Positions 57,145 through 64,000 of a DNA stretch of 64,000 nucleotides are shown here, one piece after another. This DNA comes from Cyanophora paradoxa CCMP329. Taxonomy: Eukaryota; Plantae; Glaucophyta. A program made the position numbers and the translations under genes. Below the pieces are notes generated by a model. It worked only from the letters and a program-made list of their open reading frames with translations, was not told the origin of the DNA and did no database searches. The DNA is taken from the NCBI GenBank assembly GCA_004431415.1, contig QPMI01000408.1, positions 248,001 through 312,000 of the forward strand. The letters are read 5' to 3'. The first letter of the stretch is position 1. Every line of letters begins with the position of its first letter.

Positions 57145-57639
57145 ACTCAAACTAAAGGTTTCACAAGCTAGCGAAGTGCGATTTGTTCAATTTATACCAG
57201 CGCAAGCTTTTTGAAGGCCATCGATATCCTTCGCTATAGCTAGCTTAAAGCAAACCTCTGGCAAACCTCTACGTTAAAGTTGGTGCTCCTAGTAATTCGC
57301 TAGGAGTCGAACTAGTTCGGAACGGACCGGGAGCCACACTAGCGACGAAAGCTTATTTAAGCAAAAGCAGCTTAGCTACGCCCTACCGGATTTCAGCCTC
57401 AAGCACGGTGAATTCGAAGGCTCACCGTGAAGCACCTTTGCTCAAACTTCAAAGAGTGTACATGTCCGATCGCGACTCAGTCCGAAGGCCGGGGATGCGG
57501 CCCCGGGGAGGGCGCACCCCGAGCTTGAGGAGCTCGAGGTGCTCGTAGCGCTGGATGGCGATGAGCGCCTCGGCGCTCGTGTCCCCCTCCAGCGTCAGGT
57601 AGCTGTCCCCGGGGGGGAAAGGGAGGTCAGGGGGTACGC

Positions 57640-60600
57640 AGCAGTTACTGTAGTTAAATTGCCGTGGAGCCACGGTGGAGGTAATTTGCCGAATTCGCCG
57701 CGGCGCCCAAAACCGGATCCGGATCCAGATTCCAGATTCCAGATTCGGATTCGGCTTTGTTAACTTGCCAAAACCGAATTGCCGTGGAGTTAATTTGACG
57801 CAGTGCGGATCCGGATCCGGCCGGAGCGGCCGTAAGTTATACCGGAGGTGTGGGTCCGGCCGGAGCGGCGGATCCCTGTCACTGGCTCATGCTCAGCGGC
57901 TGTCAGTCCAGAATCTCCTGAGTCCTGATTGTCCGACGGTCCTCGCGATCGGCTCCTCGGCGAGTCGCCGAGTCCTCGCGGGACCTTGCCAGTGACGGGC
58001 CCAGTGTTGCCAGTGTACTACCGTGTGGCACTAAATTACCGCGGCATAAATTACCGCGTTAAATACGCCGGCCGCCTTCGCTTCTGCTGCTGACGCCTTA
58101 CGCCAGCACTTCTTCGTGACTTCGTCGCTCTTGCGCCCGGGCCGCGGCCTTTCAGCCTGCTGAAGCTGTACTGCCTCCGCTGCGTCCGGCGAACCACTTG
58201 GGCCCTCGCCGGAGCTCGCCATTGCTGCGGCCGGCTGCGGTTGTCGCTCACGTCGGGGGGGTAGGGGGGTCGGAAGGGGGGGGGGGACCCGCCGCGGCCG
58301 GCCGCATCTTGCAGTCGGAAAGTAGCTGAATTTGCTTGAAATGGACTGTAGACATTGTTTATAAGGTTAATTAGCGCTAGGGGGGTTCCTGAAAAAATTT
58401 TCTAAAAATTTCGGGACGGCCATTCCGGGCTCAAACAAGATCCGTGCTCCTGCGGAGCACTAAGTACGGCGAAGCCTCGCGGACGCCCTCGCGGCTGTCA
58501 CAGTAGGCCTATAGGGCACTGGCCAGCGGCCTGGCCGATCGCGAACAGCTTTCTGGTTGGAAGCTGGCCGGCTGACGGCCAGTCCAGCTACCGCTGGCCG
58601 GCTAGAGGAATATAACTAGAGGAATATTAATGTACTGAGGAAATAAAGGGAGGCCGGAGCAGGTTGAGATTAGAGGAGATGAATTATATATAATATTGTT
58701 GAGAGGGAGGCCCGGGAGGGGCAAGGTTCTCGCGGCCAGGCGCATGCACAGAGCTTGCGAATCGCTTAAACAGAATCTTGAATGCATATAGCTATAGCAT
58801 CGATGTGCGGGGCTGCGGAGCTCGAGGCGAGGGCGCGCGGAAAGATGTGCAGGTCCATGCAGGATCGAATTTTCGGGGTCGGCTGGGTCCTCGCGGCCCG
58901 TCGCATACGCAAAGCGTGCGGAAGACTTTGCCTACATCTTAAATGCTTATGCTATCGTTCCGCGCATGCGCCGCGGCGTGGGCGCGCGGAAAGATGTCAG
59001 GGCGCGTGCAGGATCGAATTTTGGCCGTCGGGTACCTTCCTGCGCTGTTCCGGCTCCGAAAAGCGGATTTCGGGGGTGCGCAGGCCCTGCTATGTCCATG
59101 CGCGCCAGTACGCATCGATTGCGCGCGTCGCGGGACCGGGCGGGACCGGCTAGCGCTGGATCAAATTTTCGGCCGACTCTTCGCACTGGAGCGTCGACGG
59201 CGCTTGAAATCGAGCTTGCGGCGATGCGCTCGCCCTCGCGCGGCATTCTGTATCGTTCTGGGGCGTCCCTGGCGCGATTTCGTCGCGGGACCGGGCGGGA
59301 CCGGGTCCCACCTTCTGACTCGGACTGCATTTGTCGGAGGTTAAGTACCGGAATTGATCCAGAGGGAAATTCGATTTTCGCGCGACGCCCACGGGCGAGC
59401 GGTCGTCTTAGGGGAGCCACGACGCTAAAAATGGATCTAGAGAGGTCTGTGGGGGTTAGGGTAGCTGAGTCATTAGCGGCAATCGCGTCCGTGTCGAGGC
59501 AGAATTAATAATTCGTCCTCGAGGGAGTGCGACGCGGAAATTATTTAGCAGGGGGGATCTTGAGTGGAAAAAAAGGTTAAAAAAGGAATTTATATCGGCG
59601 GTTTTTGGGTTTGAGAAAGAGGTTTCGCCTGAAATTTTTCGAAAATTTTTCGAAAAATTTTTGCAAAAATTTCCTGAAATTTTTGGACGGCGAACCCTGC
59701 TCCCGGGGGCCGCGCGCGGGCCCGCGGCCGCCGGCCGGGACTCCCGGCCGGGCGCGGGTCTGGGACAAAAAATGCTGTCATGGCCCCTTCGGCAGTTGGG
59801 AAGTTCCGGTTTTTTTTCATTGAGGGACTTGAGAAAATTCCATCTTTTCTTCGAAATTCATCCGGTTTTCGGCCTGAGATTCATCCGGCGATACAATGAA
59901 AATATTTAATTAATCCCCAGAAATTAATGCGTTTTAGAAGTCAATTAATATTGGGACCTGGACGGTGGAACCTTATAATGGAGCCCTATTATGGCTATTA
60001 ATGCGGCACCAAATAACTGCGTTTTTGCAGCTTTAATTTTTGGCTGCGGTGAGGGGGATACATACAGCAGTTTCCGCAATGAAAACGCATGAATTGGGTA
60101 CCGCATCAATTATGTCCGCGTTTTGGTTTTTTGCAAAAGTGGACGTCGCATCAATTAAGTCCGCGCATTTCTTAAATATAAGTTGATAGATACGGTTAAG
60201 TTGTTACGGTAAAAAAAGCTCGATGAGAGATAAAAAAAGCTCGACAAGAGATCGATCGAAAAAGCTCGATAGGACTCTATAGATAGGAGGACGGGCTCAG
60301 GCCCCAGGCTCCAGGGCCTCAGGCCCGAGCCGCCCGAGTCGGCCCGACGGATCATGCCATGGACTGGCATGGAGTACCGGGGGGGGGGGCCGGGGGGGGT
60401 ACGAGTCTGTACGACATTGTACGACACACTCGGAGTCGGAGTCTCGGACACAGTACGACTGTGCGACAGTACTAGTCTCGCCGAGAGACTGTCACAGACG
60501 CCGACTGTGCGAGACTGTACATGTACGGCTCAGTCGGACGTCGAGTCGTCGTCGACTCACTGTACGCTCGGCAGTTTTCGCCAGCGACGCCTCCTCGCCC

Positions 60601-61520
60601 GGCGGCCGAGTACCGGCAATCCGAGGCTCGGCGAGTCCTCGCTCGGCGTTTTTTGTGGCCGACCTGTACATGCGCCAAAAAAGCCCCACCCCGCTTTTTT
60701 CTCATCTGAAAGTCGACGTGGGTCGGCATATATATAGCCGATCGATTTGGCTGAATGTCGGATGTGTGTTTTCGAGCCCCCAGACGCTCCGCTTCGCCCA
60801 CAAGCAGCCTGCAGCTGGCCCCGATCTCGCAAAATTGACGCCGGCGCCTGGTTCGCGAAAACCAGCTTTGAACCTGCATGCGCATTGCGACGGAGGCTGA
60901 ATTTAAAGGCTTGTCCCGGACCCCCGGTTGTCCGAAACAGAACCGAAAGAAACAGATCTAGCTAGATAGGTTTTCCGTCGGTTTTCAGCATATTTTGTCG
61001 GGTTTTGACCGTACCCCCAGCTGAGCGACGCTTGGCCATGGGCCGCGAAGTTGGGCGGCAGGCGTCGCTCCGCGATCCGAGCCTCCGACTCGCTCGCCGC
61101 CGAGCTCAAGTCCCCGCCGACTCCCCGGGCTTTCGCGATCGCAACGTTAACGTATACTGGTAACGCCAGCTGCAGCCTGCAGTCCCTTTGAGCGAGTACC
61201 GTGACAGTGCGTGACTACCGTCAGAGGCACTAAATTACTGCGGCGTTAATTAACGCGGTTTCAAAAATGGCCCTCCTCTGAGCAACATACCGCGGTACCA
61301 AATTACCGCGGTTTAAAAATTTGAGCCTCGGAGGCTTGTATATGGCCATGGGGCGGTAATGTTAGGGGGGTACTGTATGAGGCGACTTCTCAGCAGGTAA
61401 TTACCGCGGTATACGTACGTCGGTACCAAATTACCGCGTTTTAACAAACTTTTGGCGCGGTAATTAAAATTTGGTACCGCCGGCAGCCGTCGCCGGCGCC
61501 CGGCGGCCGGCAGTCACTGA
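57640..61520. mobile_element. probable DNA-transposon remnants / MITE-like region
   Basis: Dispersed AAATTRCCGYGG units (57657, 57777, 58033-58058, 61231-61465) in both orientations; CAGTGTTGCCA hAT-like terminus at ~58002; internal direct repeats; A/T tracts; no intact transposase seen. Confidence 0.45.
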
Positions 61521-61747
61521 GTGCAGCCTGCTGCAGCCTGCTGACGCGTTCGGCGTTTGCACTTCGGACGCTGCCACCGAGTCAACGTGAGCATGCGCAG
61601 CTGCTAGTAGCCTGCTAGTAGCCTGCTAGTAGCTATAGCTTGCAAATACTATAGCTAGTAGTCGCAGTCTCTTGTGCACGGATATCGATCGCATTCTCAC
61701 CGCGGTCGGCAGTTGATCCCTTTTCATCTTCGACATCTCTTTCCACG

Positions 61748-63011
61748 ATGAGCTGCTACGGAGCCCGAAGCACCAACGATTGCCTCGTGCGCAACGTGAA
61801 CGCGTCCTAATTCCTCTAGATCCGCGGACTGATCGTTATACGGCGCGATGTATCGATGTGAACGCGTACGCAGACCTGCGATGACGTGAAGAATGGTGCG
61901 GTGCTGCCGCGCGCCTCTCAATCGCGAGCCGCGCCGCGCGGCCGGCGCCGCGCCGTTTTCTTATAAGTATATACCGAGCTTCGAATTCGGAACCATCGTT
62001 AACGTTTACGCTCGCGTCGATGCAGCGTACCAGGCCAGGGGCTGGGCTTACAACACGGTGAATTGAAAGACCCATGGCCATCTATAGCTTCGATGTCCGA
62101 TGATCGATGCGTTGAAGTTTTCTTGACCGGGCCCCGGGCGCGGGCGCGGCGCGCAGGGCAATATCGCCCAGTGCAGCGGCACCTGCTACGGAGCCAAGTC
62201 GACCAACGACTGCTACGTGCGCCGCGTGCTCCTAGAGCTCTATGTTGATTCGAGATCTCGATCTAGACCTGCAGTCGTCTAGCTAGAACTGATGTTTATA
62301 CGTACTTATACGCAATATGCGCGCAGACCTGCGCGCAAGTCAAGACAGGTGCGAACACGATCGGAATTTGAAAATCGGATCACGATCATGTCGTTGGCGT
62401 TTACGCTCGCGTCGATGCAGCGTACCAGAACAAGGGATGGGCTTATAACGCGGTGAGTTAAAGAACCATGGCCATCGATTGCTGCGCCAGCTCTAGCTAG
62501 CCGTGTAGTGTATAACTTAGTAAAAATGGAAGTACCACAAAAACATGGATACTATATATGATATATAGAATCTGACGTCGACCCATATAATGTTTCCATC
62601 ACGGTCATGACGTATATAACACGACGCGTGCGCAGGGGACCTTCCGTCAGTGCCCCGAGGTTGGCGGCGCCGCCGGCGCTAAGCTGCATGAGCTTGGATG
62701 ATCGTGATCACGAGCGCGCGCGTGCGCGTGCGCAGTACAACGGCCCCGCGCAGCTGGACGAAGAGATCCAGGATGTGTCGGAGATTGATGTGCGTGCACT
62801 CAAAATAATCGCAATGCGCTATCCGCCCTTCGAATATGCTCTTTGATGTACATAAGAATGGCCCGGCCTGACGTACGCGTTGTAGTCTTTTACTTAACTG
62901 GACCGTCCGCAGGAGGACTATCTGGATGCGGAGATGGACGCCGCGGACGACGCGCTCGAGTTCGTCGCGGATGCCGCCACCGCCGAGGCCTTCGCCGACT
63001 TCTCCGAGTGA
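61748..63011 (+). CDS. small micro-exon protein: two tandem Erv46/ERGIC3-like Cys-rich modules plus acidic tail
   Basis: MSCYGARSTNDCL|TCDDVKN|AYQARGWAYNT|GNIAQCSGTCYGAKSTNDCY|TCAQVKT|AYQNKGWAYNA|GTFRQCPE|YNGPAQLDEEIQDVSEID|EDYLDAEM..FSE*; all joins GT-AG and in frame. Confidence 0.75.
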
Positions 63012-63438
63012 AAGATATACACCGTGATCAATATCGCGATGCACGAGTCAATGATCGATATCACGTACGACGTCGACGTCCGCTAGCGGCTGCCGCAGTG
63101 CGGTCGACTCGGCGACGCGACTCGACGATTCGAAAATCGATCGCCATTTCGAATTCATGCAGGTTTAGATATCGATGTACCGCGGCCGAATACTTATGCA
63201 TCATGGCATTCGAAATTCTGGTCGCTCTGGCTGGACTATATACATAAACCAGGGGGGGGGGAGGGGGGGGGGGGGCCTTATTGAGAGACCAACGCGTGTT
63301 TGGTTTTCAAAAAACAATTTTTGGAATAATGATTGTGGTGGAAATGTACAATCGTGAGATATCTATCTCGGCGCGGGGGTTGGAGGTATGTACAATTGCA
63401 ATCTACCTTGAAAGATATTAATGTTTCCAACGCTACAG

Positions 63439-64000
63439 CTAAAGTTCAACGTTGACTTTGATGGGACTCATGGGAGCCGCGGTCTGTACTGGGGGGGCGC
63501 TAGCTATTAAGTTTGTTGGCTGTACATGTCTCTGAACACCTGACGTCGAATCGCGATCTAGTCTTCCGGGGCTTGTACTTGCCGTTGGCTGCCGCAGCAA
63601 ACTAGGTATGAGCTCATATTCTGGAAATGATGCAGGCTCGTAAATCGAGACGAAGACATGCTGCTGCGCGTGTGGCATGGCCGGACACGGCTCATGCGCT
63701 TCCTGGCCGTGCGTATGCATGTGGGCTCCCATCGACGCGTACGATGGCGTCAACGCTGCAGCTGCTTCAAGCGCCTTGGATCTTCTACGTCGAGAAGCTC
63801 TCGAACGTATTCTGGGTAAAGCTTGAGGTCAGGCGAAGCTTTCGTAACGTTCATATCGTTTTCATGAAGAAGCTTTAAAAAAGTCATGATCAGGCGACGC
63901 ACTTGCAAGCGACGATTCCTGACACCACAATCCCCAAGACAACCGCTCCAACCGCTGGAATCGATTTTGTGAGTAGAAATTTGGAAAGACGCAATCTAGA
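63439..64000 (-). CDS. possible 3' end of a membrane-protein gene continuing beyond the window
   Basis: Hydrophobic exon-like IPAVGAVVLGIVVSGIVAC followed by a GT donor, then LYPEYVRELLDVEDPRRL; stop position uncertain. Confidence 0.3.

Noticed and set aside
57404-57429. Hairpin CACGGTGA-attcgaaggc-TCACCGTG containing TTCGAA (tRNA T-loop or Helitron end?)
   Set aside because: No cloverleaf, and no CTRR terminus at the expected distance
58031-58222. ORF with RKSDEVTKKCW resembling the start of a BED-finger transposase
   Set aside because: No CxxC/His pattern or downstream DDE domain; too short to call
57640-61520. Repeat clusters as a CRISPR array
   Set aside because: Units are short, irregularly spaced and in both orientations; eukaryotic context; no cas genes
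1-64000. Most long Arg/Pro/Gly/Ala-rich ORFs in the six-frame track (e.g. 14927..16939, 19527..21326, 3570..4976)
   Set aside because: Shadow frames of GC-rich spliced genes; no family motifs and they overlap well-supported genes

Overview
Eukaryotic nuclear DNA: GC-rich, gene-dense and full of short spliceosomal introns (GT-AG plus many GC-AG). Most long ORFs in the six-frame track are shadow frames, so genes were rebuilt here by manual splicing. Several genes carry plastid transit peptides with an early Phe and F-x-V/I-x-A ends, and one has a cyanobacterial-type domain. This suggests a primary-plastid alga, most likely a glaucophyte such as Cyanophora (inference). Genes in order: inositol 2-dehydrogenase (partial), LRR+PWWP protein, hypothetical, atypical Rab-like GTPase, an inverted pair of F-box/LRR paralogues, SEY1/RHD3, DUF2103 protein, CPA2-type cation/H+ antiporter, Deg/HtrA protease, SAM-TIR-TIR protein, RlmI-like methyltransferase, MBL-fold hydrolase, FkbM methyltransferase, TMEM230, thylakoid-lumen TPR protein, PEX2, hypothetical, a large receptor-like multi-pass membrane protein, a transposon-like repeat region, and a micro-exon gene of tandem Erv46-like Cys modules. 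The standout is the SARM1-like SAM-TIR-TIR gene. It has one catalytically intact TIR, one Glu->Gln TIR, and a duplicated SAM exon re-used in a shifted reading frame. No rRNA, tRNA or CRISPR array was seen. Exon boundaries were called by eye and need RNA-seq confirmation.
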